DNA of 64,000 nucleotides from Candidatus Kapaibacterium sp. (GTDB taxonomy: Bacteria > Bacteroidota > Ignavibacteria > Kapaibacteriales > UBA2268): positions 2,560,001 through 2,624,000 of the forward strand of contig OY762428.1 of the NCBI GenBank assembly GCA_963665665.1, read 5' to 3'. The notes under the pieces were generated by a model that was not told the DNA's origin, ran no database searches, and saw only the letters and a program-made list of their open reading frames with translations. The translations under genes were made by a program, and so were the position numbers. Below are positions 9,560 through 20,094 of the stretch, piece after piece. Position 1 is the stretch's first letter. The number at the start of each line of letters is the position of its first letter.

Positions 9560-10900
9560 ATGTACAATCCTTACGTGTTAATTATCGGGGCAAGCCTTTT
9601 GGTTGCTTTGTCCTACGTGTATGAAATGGTGTCAAAAAAAACAAAGATCCCTTCGGTTCTGTTCCTGATTTCCACAGGGGTGCTGGTTAGTATGCTTCTG
9701 AAATCGCTCGATATAAATATTGAGCAGGGTACTTTTGTTGCATTGGAACTGCTTGGAATTATCGGGCTGATAATGATTGTGCTTGAAGCCGCCACCGACC
9801 TTGAAATTACCCGGGACAAACTTGGTATGATAGGGAAGTCACTCGGTATTTCAATAATTGTTCTGCTGTTTACATCTGTTTCAATAGCCCTGATTATCCG
9901 ATATACGCTTCAGGAGCCATTTTTCAACGCTCTTGTATATGCAATTCCTCTTTCGGTTGTTAGCAGCGCAGTACTTATCCCGAGCGTGCATTCGCTAAGT
10001 GCCGGGAAGAAAGAGTTCATGATATACGAATCTACTTTCTCGGATATTACCGGCATCATGTTCTTTAACTTCATTGTGATACAAAAGGGCGACATTCTGT
10101 CCGTATCCGGAGGATTGTCCCTGGTTGTTACAATTGTTGTTTCCATTGTTTTCTCATATTTGCTGGTTATGTTCTTCAGCAGGCTGAAGGGCGGGGTAAA
10201 ATTATTCCTGATGCTGGCTATTCTGGCGCTTTTGTATGCGATTGGCAAAATGATGCACATGTCGTCGCTGCTGATAATTCTTATCTTCGGCCTTGTTATG
10301 AATAATTCACGTAAGTTCTTCATGGGCAGGCTGAAAAAGTACATTGACTTCAAAACAACCGACATAATCGGCAACGAACTGAAGCTTGTAACGGCAGAGT
10401 CAGCATTTGTTGTCAGGACTTTCTTCTTCGTAACTTTTGGCATGTCGATAGAAATCAGGATGCTTACCGATCCTACTGTAATAATAATTGGTTCCATGAT
10501 TGTAGCTATTTTATACCTGGTACGATATATCAACCTTAAGTTGTTTCTGAAAACAGAAATATTTCCGGAAATATTCCTGGCGCCGAGAGGCCTGATAACA
10601 ATCCTGCTGTTTTATTCTATCCCCGCAACATACCTGATAGAAGATTTCAGCGTTGGAATTTTATTCTTCGTGATACTGGCAACCAGCCTGATAATGATGG
10701 CTGCCCTGATCAAATCGCATTCGGGTGCTGTGGAAGACCTTTCCCTCGGGGGCAGCGGCGGGGAGTCGAGGATGGTTATTGATGCTTCCGGCCCGTATTG
10801 CGAGATACATGATAATGAAAACGGCTACGAAAAATCCAAATGTGCAGATAATATCCGGAAAATAAATCTGAATAATAATTATGATGACAAAACGGAATAG
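9560..10900 (+). CDS. cation:proton antiporter (CPA family)
   Basis: About 12 TM segments; 'KIPSVLFLI', 'SSAVLIP', 'YESTFSDI', 'PRGLITILL'. Confidence 0.82.
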   Translation: MYNPYVLIIGASLLVALSYVYEMVSKKTKIPSVLFLISTGVLVSMLLKSLDINIEQGTFVALELLGIIGLIMIVLEAATDLEITRDKLGMIGKSLGISIIVLLFTSVSIALIIRYTLQEPFFNALVYAIPLSVVSSAVLIPSVHSLSAGKKEFMIYESTFSDITGIMFFNFIVIQKGDILSVSGGLSLVVTIVVSIVFSYLLVMFFSRLKGGVKLFLMLAILALLYAIGKMMHMSSLLIILIFGLVMNNSRKFFMGRLKKYIDFKTTDIIGNELKLVTAESAFVVRTFFFVTFGMSIEIRMLTDPTVIIIGSMIVAILYLVRYINLKLFLKTEIFPEIFLAPRGLITILLFYSIPATYLIEDFSVGILFFVILATSLIMMAALIKSHSGAVEDLSLGGSGGESRMVIDASGPYCEIHDNENGYEKSKCADNIRKINLNNNYDDKTE

Positions 10901-10978
10901 GCAGTAAAAAACAATATCCCGCCCGAAAAATCTTTTGATCCGAATCTCGGAGCGGGATTATTAATTTTTGAAGTTAAA

Positions 10979-11353
10979 TTACATAACTTCTTCTGTGAAC
11001 AGCGAAACAATATCTTCCGCTTTAATATTTGCCTGGGAATCCGCAAGGTGAGTCTCGAATTCCGGCAGGCGTGTCAGGCTTAGTTCTATCAATGCTTCCT
11101 TGAAACTTTCAATAGGCTTGGACTGCATGGTATCCAGGGGGTGATTATTGTCCATCTGAATACTATTCTCCAGCTTTGAGAGCCCTTCCATCAGTATGTC
11201 TTTTTGCCACTGTAGTGAAGCAGACTGCTTGTCTTTACTTGTTTGTAATGCGTCTAATTCTTTGGGATCATTACTCTTGGACATCCTGTCCGGATAAACT
11301 GCCGGTATGTTGTATTCAGCAGCCGAAACGTTCCTTATTTCTGTTACTTTCAT
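10979..11353 (-). CDS. hypothetical protein
   Basis: 124 aa ORF with ATG start and natural composition; no family recognised. Confidence 0.6.
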   Translation of the reverse strand: MKVTEIRNVSAAEYNIPAVYPDRMSKSNDPKELDALQTSKDKQSASLQWQKDILMEGLSKLENSIQMDNNHPLDTMQSKPIESFKEALIELSLTRLPEFETHLADSQANIKAEDIVSLFTEEVM

Positions 11354-11547
11354 GATTTTCCCGTATTTATGAATTTTTTAATAATAATTACTGTTTTTTA
11401 TACTGTTTTATATCTAATAAACAAATTATGTACCAAAAAAATTAAATTAACTGTTGCATATAAATAATAAATTTTTAATTTGTAAAAGTGAGATAAAACA
11501 AAATTTTGAATTAGACATTTATAACTTTCACCGAATCGGAGGTGCCT

Positions 11548-12102
11548 ATGAAAAAAATTCTGCTACCATTATCAATTTTACTATTTGCTTTAGCTTCGTG
11601 CTGTCCTGAACCCAAGGACATGACCAAAGATCAGATTGATGCCGAAAAAGAAGCCATAATCAAAGTTGTAAAAGATTACAACAAGGCTTCGGAGGAAAAG
11701 AATTTTTCTGCCATGGTGGATATTCTTGCAAGTGAAGTGATTTTCTTCGGAACAGATTCATCAGAGATTATCAGGTCCTTTGGTGAGTTTAAACGACAAA
11801 TGCTGGAACAATGGGAACGTTATGACAAAATGGATTATGGCGATCTTGTTGACGTATCAATTCAGATGGACAAAAAGGCAACTTTTGCTTCCATAATCTA
11901 TGGTTCTTCCTGCAAAATCACTAAAGACAATACCGAAAAATTAATTTTCCTGAGAACACAAAGAACTCTCGTAAAGGAAAAAGACAAATGGGTTATCATT
12001 AGCGGTATTGTTGGTGCTGTACAAACCGGCGACCTTCTAACGGATTTGCTTGACAATAATGGCAATCCGATTGATTCCACAAAAACCACTGAAACCAAGT
12101 AA
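11548..12102 (+). CDS. lipoprotein with SnoaL/NTF2-like domain
   Basis: GGAGG RBS, lipobox LAS-C, and 'R.T.V..K..DKWVII' NTF2-like end. Confidence 0.75.
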   Translation: MKKILLPLSILLFALASCCPEPKDMTKDQIDAEKEAIIKVVKDYNKASEEKNFSAMVDILASEVIFFGTDSSEIIRSFGEFKRQMLEQWERYDKMDYGDLVDVSIQMDKKATFASIIYGSSCKITKDNTEKLIFLRTQRTLVKEKDKWVIISGIVGAVQTGDLLTDLLDNNGNPIDSTKTTETK

Positions 12103-12130
12103 ATTCAGTAAAACACAACCACTTTCAGAG

Positions 12131-12162
12131 CCGGGACAATTAATGGTTGTTCCGGTTTTTTT
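12131..12162 (+). terminator. intrinsic terminator
   Basis: ccgggacaat-taatg-gttgttccgg followed by a T-run. Confidence 0.7.
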
Positions 12163-12234
12163 GTTAGCGGTTTTTCTTCATGAAGATAATTGATTATCTT
12201 GAGTTTTTGTTAAACAAAAAAATGAAGAAGTTAC

Positions 12235-13602
12235 ATGCAGAAAATAATCGATTATATTGACAGCCACGAAAAAGAGTATCTTGATGAATTGATGGAATTC
12301 CTGAGGATTCCGTCTGTCAGCAGTCAGCCTGATCATAAAGATGATATGGCAAAATGCGCAGACTGGTTGATAGCTAAGATCAAAACAGCAGGAATTGAAG
12401 ATGTTAAACTGATTGAAACTCCAGGCCATCCTATCGTTTTTGCAGAATGGAACGGCGCAGGGCCTGGTGCAAAAACAGTTTTAATATACGGCCACTACGA
12501 TGTTCAACCGGTCGACCCTGTTGAACTTTGGGATTCGGGGCCATTTGAACCTATAATTAAAGATGGAAAAATTTTCGCACGTGGCAGTGCTGACGACAAA
12601 GGCCAGGTTTACACTCATATCAAAGCGCTTGAAGCTTTTATGAAAATTAACGGCACACTTCCGGTAAATGTGAAATTGCTGATTGAAGGCGAAGAAGAAG
12701 CAGCCGAAAGCCACCTTGATGAATTTATTAAAAACAATGCAGACCTTTTGAAATGCGATGTTGCGGTTGTTTCTGATACCGAATGGTTTGCTGCAGGCCT
12801 GCCGTCAATTTGCTATGGCCTTCGTGGTATTTCATTGGCTGAAGTAAAAGTAACAGGCCCCAACAGGGACTTGCATTCGGGTTCGTTCGGTGGCGCTGTT
12901 GACAATCCAATCGAAGTTCTTGCCAACATGATAGCAAGGCTGAAGGATGAATACGGCAGAATTCAGGTTCCGGGCTTTTATAATGATGTTCTCGAACTGA
13001 CTAACGAAGAAAGAAATGACTACGAGAACCTGCCTTTTGATATTAAAGAATACTGCAAAGACCTTGATATTCATTCCGTGAACGGAGAGCATGGATACAG
13101 CACGCTGGAAAGAACATGGGCACGGCCTACTCTGGATTATAACGGTATTTTTGGCGGTTACACCGGTGAAGGATCTAAAACTGTTTTGCCATCCCATGCA
13201 ACAGCAAAAATATCAATGCGCCTTGTGCCGAACCAAAAGGCGGAAGATATCGCTGCAAAGATAGAATCACATTTGAAAACCATTGCTCCTCCAACAGTTA
13301 AAGTTGAAGTATCTGCTTTCGCAGGTGGTAATCCGGTTCTGGTTCCAAGAGACAGCATAGCTGTGAAAGCTGCAATCGTAGCTTTTAAAAAAGCATTTGG
13401 AAAGGATCCCGTATTTATGCGCGAGGGCGGTTCCATTCCAATTGTAGAGCTTTTTGACACAGTGCTTAATGTTCCTACAGCTTTGCTGGGGCTCGGGCTG
13501 CCGTCTGATAATATTCATTCTCCGAATGAAAATTTCGCAGTGGAAAATTATCTTGGGGGTATAAAAGCAGCAGGATATTTCTTTAGTGAAATTGCAATGT
13601 GA
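12235..13602 (+). CDS. M20 family dipeptidase
   Basis: 'YGHYDVQP', 'ARGSADDKG', 'EGEEE', 'DLHSG.FGG', 'GGSIP', 'HSPNE'. Confidence 0.92.
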   Translation: MQKIIDYIDSHEKEYLDELMEFLRIPSVSSQPDHKDDMAKCADWLIAKIKTAGIEDVKLIETPGHPIVFAEWNGAGPGAKTVLIYGHYDVQPVDPVELWDSGPFEPIIKDGKIFARGSADDKGQVYTHIKALEAFMKINGTLPVNVKLLIEGEEEAAESHLDEFIKNNADLLKCDVAVVSDTEWFAAGLPSICYGLRGISLAEVKVTGPNRDLHSGSFGGAVDNPIEVLANMIARLKDEYGRIQVPGFYNDVLELTNEERNDYENLPFDIKEYCKDLDIHSVNGEHGYSTLERTWARPTLDYNGIFGGYTGEGSKTVLPSHATAKISMRLVPNQKAEDIAAKIESHLKTIAPPTVKVEVSAFAGGNPVLVPRDSIAVKAAIVAFKKAFGKDPVFMREGGSIPIVELFDTVLNVPTALLGLGLPSDNIHSPNENFAVENYLGGIKAAGYFFSEIAM

Positions 13603-13667
13603 TTTTTTATTCCGGTTTATAAACCATACTTTTTGGCAGACATCTGCAAATAATTGATTAGCTTTAT

Positions 13668-13709
13668 TAAACAACCTTCTGATTGTTATCTGCATCAGAA
13701 GGTTGTTTA
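13668..13709. terminator. long perfect inverted repeat, probable terminator
   Basis: taaacaaccttctgat / atcagaaggttgttta, 16-bp stem. Confidence 0.65.
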
Positions 13710-13892
13710 TATCAGATCATGATTCGCCCATAAGCTTTGAATTATATACCATCAGACGACTTAGTTTCGATTAGCAGTTGATTTCATAATTCATATTATT
13801 TCGCTTATGGAAATCAACCCTAAGGAATAAAAAACATTTTATTATTTAACAAAAAGGTTGTAATTTCTTTATCTTAAAGACGATAAAATGAA

Positions 13893-14363
13893 ATGAAGCT
13901 GAAATTTGCCTACATATTATTATTTCTTATCCTATACTTCCTGAACGGATGCGCACCTCTTGTCCGCTTTTCATCAGAGAAAGCTCCGGCAGAAAAAGCC
14001 GGGATAAGTTCATCGGCAAAAGGCCCCGTGTATGAAGAAACAGAGGAAGAGGCTCCGCCCCTGGAGACATTTACAGGTAAAGCTTCATATTATGCCAATA
14101 AATTTCATGGACGAAAAACTGCAAGTGGTGAACTTTATGATAAAGCTGAAATGACGGCAGCACACAGGACCCTCCCGTTCGGTACAGTAATTAAAGTAAC
14201 CAATACCGCAAATAATAAATCTGTGATAGTCCGAGTAAACGATCGCGGCCCTTTCGTGCGTGGCCGTGTTGTTGATCTTTCCAGAGCCGCAGCAGAGGAA
14301 GTTGATATGATACGTTCCGGAGTAATCAACGTGGAAGTTGATGTACTTTCCTACCCTGACTAA
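13893..14363 (+). CDS. rlpA: septal ring lytic transglycosylase RlpA family lipoprotein
   Basis: Lipobox LNG-C; 'GKASYY...GRKTASGE...TAAHRTLPFGT...VRVNDRGPF...DLS'. Confidence 0.9.
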   Translation: MKLKFAYILLFLILYFLNGCAPLVRFSSEKAPAEKAGISSSAKGPVYEETEEEAPPLETFTGKASYYANKFHGRKTASGELYDKAEMTAAHRTLPFGTVIKVTNTANNKSVIVRVNDRGPFVRGRVVDLSRAAAEEVDMIRSGVINVEVDVLSYPD

Positions 14364-14650
14364 GTATTCAATTTTTATTGCAATGTCTGCCGCTGTTTGT
14401 TGTGTCTGCGATTCAGCCGGGGGATGAGTCTTATTTTGATTTAACTTCGTTTTGAAGTACTGTTTCGCAATAAAGTTTCCCGTTTGATCAGTGCGTGGCT
14501 ATTTCAAAGAATGACTTTGTGGGGTAAACAACCTTTCCAAGTGGGGCTTTGAAAGGAGTGTTAATCCAAATTTGTATATTTTGTGAAATGGACTTATTTT
14601 GTTTCTTTTTATAAATCCCTTATTAATTTTTCTATTAACAGGCGGAAAAA

Positions 14651-15349
14651 ATGAGTGAAAAAGTAAGGACGATGTTTTCGAAAATAGCGGGCAAGTACGA
14701 TCTGCTGAACGACCTGCTTTCTATGGGTATTCACAGGCTTTGGAGGAAAAAAGCAGTCAGGGCTGCGGGAACATCAAAAGGGATGAAAATACTCGACCTT
14801 GCCACCGGAACGGGTGACCTTGCGATTGAATTTCACAAAGCAGCCGGAAAAGAAGGCTCGGTAACCGGCGTTGACTTTTGCGAGGAGATGATGATATCCG
14901 CACCCGAAAAAGCCAGGGAAGCCGGTTTCGATATTGAATTTCTTCAGGGTGATGCTATGGATATTAAATTCCCGGATAACAGCTTCGATATTTCCGGTAT
15001 CGCTTTCGGCATCAGGAATGTTGATTCTCCGCTGCAATGCCTTAAGGAAATGTCACGGGTTGTAAGGCCGGGCGGAACGGTCATGGTTTTGGAATTCGGC
15101 CAGCCGAAAGGGCTTTTCGCGCTTATATATAAAATATACAGCAAAACGATTATTCCGCTTATCGGTAAGATCATATCCAGGGACAATGCTGCATATACTT
15201 ACCTGCCCGAAACAGCCTCGAAATTCCCTTGCCGCGAAGATTTTACCAACCTGATGAAACAGACCGGCGCAATGGAGGATTGCCGATATATCAGTTTAAG
15301 CTCCGGCATAGCTTTTATCTATACCGGCAAGGTAAAAAGGATGAGTTAG
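14651..15349 (+). CDS. ubiE: demethylmenaquinone methyltransferase (UbiE/MenG)
   Basis: 'MFSKIAGKYDLLNDLLSMG.HRLW', 'LDLATGTGD', 'FGIRNV', 'AYTYLPE'. Confidence 0.92.
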   Translation: MSEKVRTMFSKIAGKYDLLNDLLSMGIHRLWRKKAVRAAGTSKGMKILDLATGTGDLAIEFHKAAGKEGSVTGVDFCEEMMISAPEKAREAGFDIEFLQGDAMDIKFPDNSFDISGIAFGIRNVDSPLQCLKEMSRVVRPGGTVMVLEFGQPKGLFALIYKIYSKTIIPLIGKIISRDNAAYTYLPETASKFPCREDFTNLMKQTGAMEDCRYISLSSGIAFIYTGKVKRMS

Positions 15350-15563
15350 TTCATTGTATTATAGTCCCATATTTATTAAACTTAATTTTAATGCAAACAT
15401 ATAATATTCAACCTCCAACCACACACTGATTACATAAAAATTAATTATATTGCTTATGTGATTTTTATTTCCTTAGTTAATTTATTATTTTTCTCGTGTA
15501 AAATTTCAGGGTAAGAGGAAAATCTACCCTTAGTATATTGTTCTAATATTTATGGAGTTTAAA

Positions 15564-17095
15564 ATGTTACAGAGAAAACGGGTTACCCCCCCCCCCAAAT
15601 TGCGACTTTTGGTTTATTTTTAATCCTGTTCATGTATAATTCTGCATTTTCTGTTGATTGGGAGCATTACGTTCCGGAGCCTTGCGGTTACTATTATGAT
15701 CATGATACCTTCGAGCCTGTTTATTATGAGTGGGAAGAAAGCTATCTTGAAATGGAAATTTGCGATGTTCCAGCATGCCAGGGTTGTTGTTTCACAGTAG
15801 TTTATTCCGAGGACTATTACCCGGAAAGCGGAGGCGGATATACATACATGCTTTATATTCACGGCGTTTTTTATAACAAAGACGGCTACGCTCCCAATTG
15901 TGAGAATTGCAATCTTGAGGATGTTATTCTTCAGTTTCTTAAAGAATTGTATGAAGAAAAAAATGGCGATGAAGAATTTTGGGATTACCTCGCGCGGCCA
16001 GCAGTCGGTGGTACAGGCCAATTTTATACGCGTGCAAGATGTTATGATGCCGCTGGCAATTTTTGTGGCGAAGGCTGTTGTGAAAAGGAGTACACTTTAA
16101 TTACTCAGAATACTGACGCAGATCCTTATGCAGACCAGGCAATAATAAATCAAATAGCTTGGTCAACAATACCAGATGATTTCTTGCCGGCATGCACTAC
16201 TGAAACTTGCACTACAATGAAATGTATGGATATTCCGTTCCAGCCTTATGGTTCTATTTATTGTGGCGAAGATATTCCTTGCAACTATGGAGAATGGGAA
16301 GAAGTAGAAGAAACAATTTCACTTAATGATATTGATGGAAATGAAACTGATTGCGATGGATGTACTGTAACGTTTACTTATCGTTGGCGCGAAACAGAAG
16401 CCGGTTGTGAGCCAAGTTATACTGATCTGGAAATTATTAGTTCTCTTGAAGTTTCAGAATCATGTCAATGTTCAACAGCAACACTCTCCAATCTCTATAG
16501 TTATGTGATTAATTGGTTGCTTTTAAATGGCGAACAGGTTGAGTATTTAGGCGATGGTGATTGTATTTTTAATACAAGAGTATTATCCAAATCTTGTTGG
16601 ACTCAAAGTGATACTGATGATAATATTTTCTATTTCTGTGATCCTACTCCCTGTTGCTGGGCTATTTATAAAATTTGTAATTACGGTGGTGCGATAGTCA
16701 AAACATTAATTGAAACAGGGGGTACTGTAGAAACTCCTGAATGTGATCCCACGGCGGCCTGTGAGCTTGTATGCGATGCTTTTCCAGACCTAAAAGCGCA
16801 ATACAGAATAAAAGATAATGTAGAGGAGCCTGTTGAGGAAACTTCATCATATATACTTCCCAACCCCGCTAACGATTTTATTGAGATTAATTTTCTGTCC
16901 AATGATAATGGGCCTTTCGAATTAGTAATATTAAACGTTCAGGTCGAAGTTATTGCAGTTCATAATTTCAACAAAACAAATATTAAATTCTCTCAAAAAA
17001 TTGACGCCAATAATCTTATCACGGGTAATTATTTCTACCAGGTAAGGATGAATGGTAGCATTGTATCAAAAGGTATGTTTAATATTTTGAAATAA
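15564..17095 (+). CDS. Cys-rich secreted protein with T9SS CTD; signal peptide out of frame at a poly-C tract
   Basis: Main ORF 15632..17095 has about 30 Cys and a 'ILPNPA...GNYFYQV...' CTD. RBS GGAG and ATG 15564 join this frame only if C11 (15586-15596) were C12 or C9. Confidence 0.75.
15586..15596 (+). repeat. poly-C (C11) homopolymer, candidate phase-variation site
   Basis: ggtta-ccccccccccc-aaattg, within the predicted signal-peptide coding region. Confidence 0.8.
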
Positions 17096-17161
17096 TTTCT
17101 TTTTTCTTAGGGGGGCTTAGTTGCCCCCTTTATTATTCATCAACAAAAAGAGTAACATCAG

Positions 17162-18544
17162 ATGAAAATATATTATACAATATTTCTAATTACAATTATT
17201 TCCTCTCTTTCACTTTTTCCGGGCGAGTGGAGAACTGTAGATCATTATAAAGATTATTCCGAAACAGCAGTAAAATATTCATGTATTGATTGTATAAATG
17301 AAGACACATGTATTTCTTTTGGCCACGAAAGTTCTTTCAATATAAGAGAAAGGCATACATTTGAGGGTGGAAAAACCTGGGAAACAGGTCTGGAAATCAA
17401 TGGTTTCCATGATAGCAGCGGAAGATATCATGATTCGCCAAGAATGTGGTACGTTGATTATCTTAATAAGGATTTTTGCATTGCCATTGGAGATTCAGGA
17501 TGGATATACAGGTCAACCGACGGGCTGAAAACATGGGAAAAAGACAGCGTTCCTGAATATGAAAACAGTATATCGTTTATTCACATGCATGATGAGAATT
17601 TCGGAGTAACAGGATGTATAAATTTTTACATTACTCTTGACGGAGGCAGGAACTGGAAAAGCTATGATTTTAACAAATGTATTGAATTGCCGGATTCAAT
17701 GATTTTCTTTGGCACACAGGAAGCCTGTATATCGCAGGACGGAAAAGCAATTAAAGTTCTTGCTATTGACAGCATTGGAGTGGATCAATGGCATGAATAT
17801 ATTATTTCTTCTTCCGATACGGGCAAAACATGGGAGGTCTATCCCCACACTCCTCAAAGATTAAGTTTTCTGTATTTTTTTGATAATCTTCACGGTTTCG
17901 GCTGCGGAGGAGACAAAACATCGATTTATTCTACTACACGTAAATCATGTATATATTATACAAGCGACGGCGGGAAATCATGGGAAACAAGATTGGATAC
18001 ATTTAATGTACCAAAAAGAGACTTGAGGGAAATGCAATTTACTACTGAAGATACTGTTTATGCAAATGGGATAAGAAATAATGTGTGGCTTTCGACGGAC
18101 GCCGGACTTACCTGGAATATGACGGACAGCCTGAATAGCAAAGCTTGGGAAAATATTAATTCATACATTAGCGATTACTGTTTTCTTAAAAATGAAGTTA
18201 TATACGGCAGTTACTGGATGTACGGAGCAATTGTTAAATGGGAAGGCAAGCCCGTCGGTGTGGAAAGCGCCGCCCAGCCGGAACAGGAAGCCATACTTTA
18301 CCCCAACCCTGTAAGCCGTGGAGGCAAACTGAATATCCGTCTTCTTCACGACCGCTTTGCAAAAATCAGCATCAGCATCCTTTCAGCCGACGGACGTACC
18401 GTTGAAAAGCCATACACGGCGGAACTTCTCCCCGGTATGAATAAATTCGAATATAAAAACTGCGGGCTTACTCCCGGCGCGTATATTCTCCGTATATACA
18501 ACCCCGGCAATTTTGTTATTCACGAGAAATTCATTGTGGAATAG
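17162..18544 (+). CDS. BNR/YCF48-like beta-propeller protein with T9SS CTD, paralog 1
   Basis: Signal peptide, repeated S/T-x-D-G-G-x-T-W Asp-boxes, and 'LYPNP...PGAYILR' CTD. Confidence 0.85.
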   Translation: MKIYYTIFLITIISSLSLFPGEWRTVDHYKDYSETAVKYSCIDCINEDTCISFGHESSFNIRERHTFEGGKTWETGLEINGFHDSSGRYHDSPRMWYVDYLNKDFCIAIGDSGWIYRSTDGLKTWEKDSVPEYENSISFIHMHDENFGVTGCINFYITLDGGRNWKSYDFNKCIELPDSMIFFGTQEACISQDGKAIKVLAIDSIGVDQWHEYIISSSDTGKTWEVYPHTPQRLSFLYFFDNLHGFGCGGDKTSIYSTTRKSCIYYTSDGGKSWETRLDTFNVPKRDLREMQFTTEDTVYANGIRNNVWLSTDAGLTWNMTDSLNSKAWENINSYISDYCFLKNEVIYGSYWMYGAIVKWEGKPVGVESAAQPEQEAILYPNPVSRGGKLNIRLLHDRFAKISISILSADGRTVEKPYTAELLPGMNKFEYKNCGLTPGAYILRIYNPGNFVIHEKFIVE

Positions 18545-18551
18545 GATTTTA

Positions 18552-18584
18552 AACCATCCGAAGGTTCGGAACCTTCGGATGGTT
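18552..18584. repeat. perfect palindrome after each paralog (also 20019-20051, 21482-21514); REP/terminator-like
   Basis: aaccatccgaaggttc-g-gaaccttcggatggtt, identical three times. Confidence 0.85.
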
Positions 18585-18628
18585 ATGAAAGCAATACTGT
18601 TTTTTTACAAACAAAAAGAGTAAATCAA

Positions 18629-20011
18629 ATGAAATTATATTATACAATTTTATTTTTAGTTATTATATTTTCAAATTCTCTTTTGCCGGGCGAATGGACA
18701 ACTGTAGATTATTATAAAGATTATTCTGACTATGGCGTTTCATATTCATGTATTGATTGTATAAATGAAGACACTTGTATTTCTTTCGGTCACGAAAGTT
18801 TTTTCAATATAAGAGAAAGGCATACATTTGACGGCGGAAAAACCTGGGTAACAGGTCTGGAAATTAATGGTTTCCATGATAGCAGCGGAAGATATCATAA
18901 TTCACCAAGAATGTGGGACGTTGTATTTTTAAATAATAATTTTTGCATTGCCATTGGTGATTCTGGCTGGACATACAGGTCAACTGACGGACTTAAAACA
19001 TGGGAAAAGGATAGTCTGCCGGAATTTGAACATGGCGCTTCGTTTATAAATATGCATGATGAAAATTTCGGCGTTACTGGAAGCAGAAATTTTTATATTA
19101 CGCTTGACGGAGCCAGAAACTGGCAAAGCTATGATTTTAACAAATGTATTGAATTGCCTGATTCGATGATTTTCTTTGGCACACAGGAAGCCTGTATATC
19201 GCAGGACGGAAAAGCAATAAAAGTTCTTGCTGTTGACAGCATTGGAGTGGATCAATGGCATGAATATATAATTTCTTCTTCCGATACCGGTAAAACATGG
19301 GAGGTGTATCCCCACACTCCTCAAAGACTCAGTTATCTGTATTTTTTTGACGAGCTTCACGGTTTCGGCTGCGGTGGAGACAAAACATCGCTTTATTCCA
19401 CAACTGCAAGGTCGTGTATATATTATACAAGTGACGGCGGGAAATCATGGGAAGCAAGGCTGGATACTTTATTTGTACCCAAATACAAACTTCAAAAATT
19501 AGATTTTGTAACAGAAGACACTGCTTATGCTTACGGTAGTAAAAACAATGTCTGGCTTTCGACCGATGCCGGCATGACATGGAATATGATGGACAGCCTG
19601 AAAAGTAAGGCCTGGGAGCATATTAACGACCACATTGATCGTTATTGTTTTTTAAAGAACGAAGTTATATATGGTTGTTACTGGATGTACGGAGCAATTG
19701 TTAAATGGGAAGGCAAACCCGTCGGAGTGGAAAGCGCCGCCCCGCCGGAACAGGAAGCCATACTTTACCCCAACCCTGTAAGCCGTGGAGGCAAACTGAA
19801 TATCCGTCTTCTTCACGACCGCTTTGCAAAAATCAGCATCAGCATCCTTTCAGCCGACGGACGTACCGTTGAAAAGCCATACACGGCGGAACTTCTCCCC
19901 GGTATGAATAAATTCGAATATAAAAACTGCAGCCTTACTCCCGGCGCGTATATTCTCCGTATATACAACCCCGGCAATTTTGTTATTCACGAAAAATTCA
20001 TTGTGGAATAG
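18629..20011 (+). CDS. BNR/YCF48-like T9SS protein, paralog 2
   Basis: Same architecture; diverged in patches from paralogs 1 and 3. Confidence 0.85.
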   Translation: MKLYYTILFLVIIFSNSLLPGEWTTVDYYKDYSDYGVSYSCIDCINEDTCISFGHESFFNIRERHTFDGGKTWVTGLEINGFHDSSGRYHNSPRMWDVVFLNNNFCIAIGDSGWTYRSTDGLKTWEKDSLPEFEHGASFINMHDENFGVTGSRNFYITLDGARNWQSYDFNKCIELPDSMIFFGTQEACISQDGKAIKVLAVDSIGVDQWHEYIISSSDTGKTWEVYPHTPQRLSYLYFFDELHGFGCGGDKTSLYSTTARSCIYYTSDGGKSWEARLDTLFVPKYKLQKLDFVTEDTAYAYGSKNNVWLSTDAGMTWNMMDSLKSKAWEHINDHIDRYCFLKNEVIYGCYWMYGAIVKWEGKPVGVESAAPPEQEAILYPNPVSRGGKLNIRLLHDRFAKISISILSADGRTVEKPYTAELLPGMNKFEYKNCSLTPGAYILRIYNPGNFVIHEKFIVE

Positions 20012-20094
20012 GATTTTAAACCATCCGAAGGTTCGGAACCTTCGGATGGTTATGAAAGCAATACTGTTTTTTTACAAACAAATGAGTATATCAA

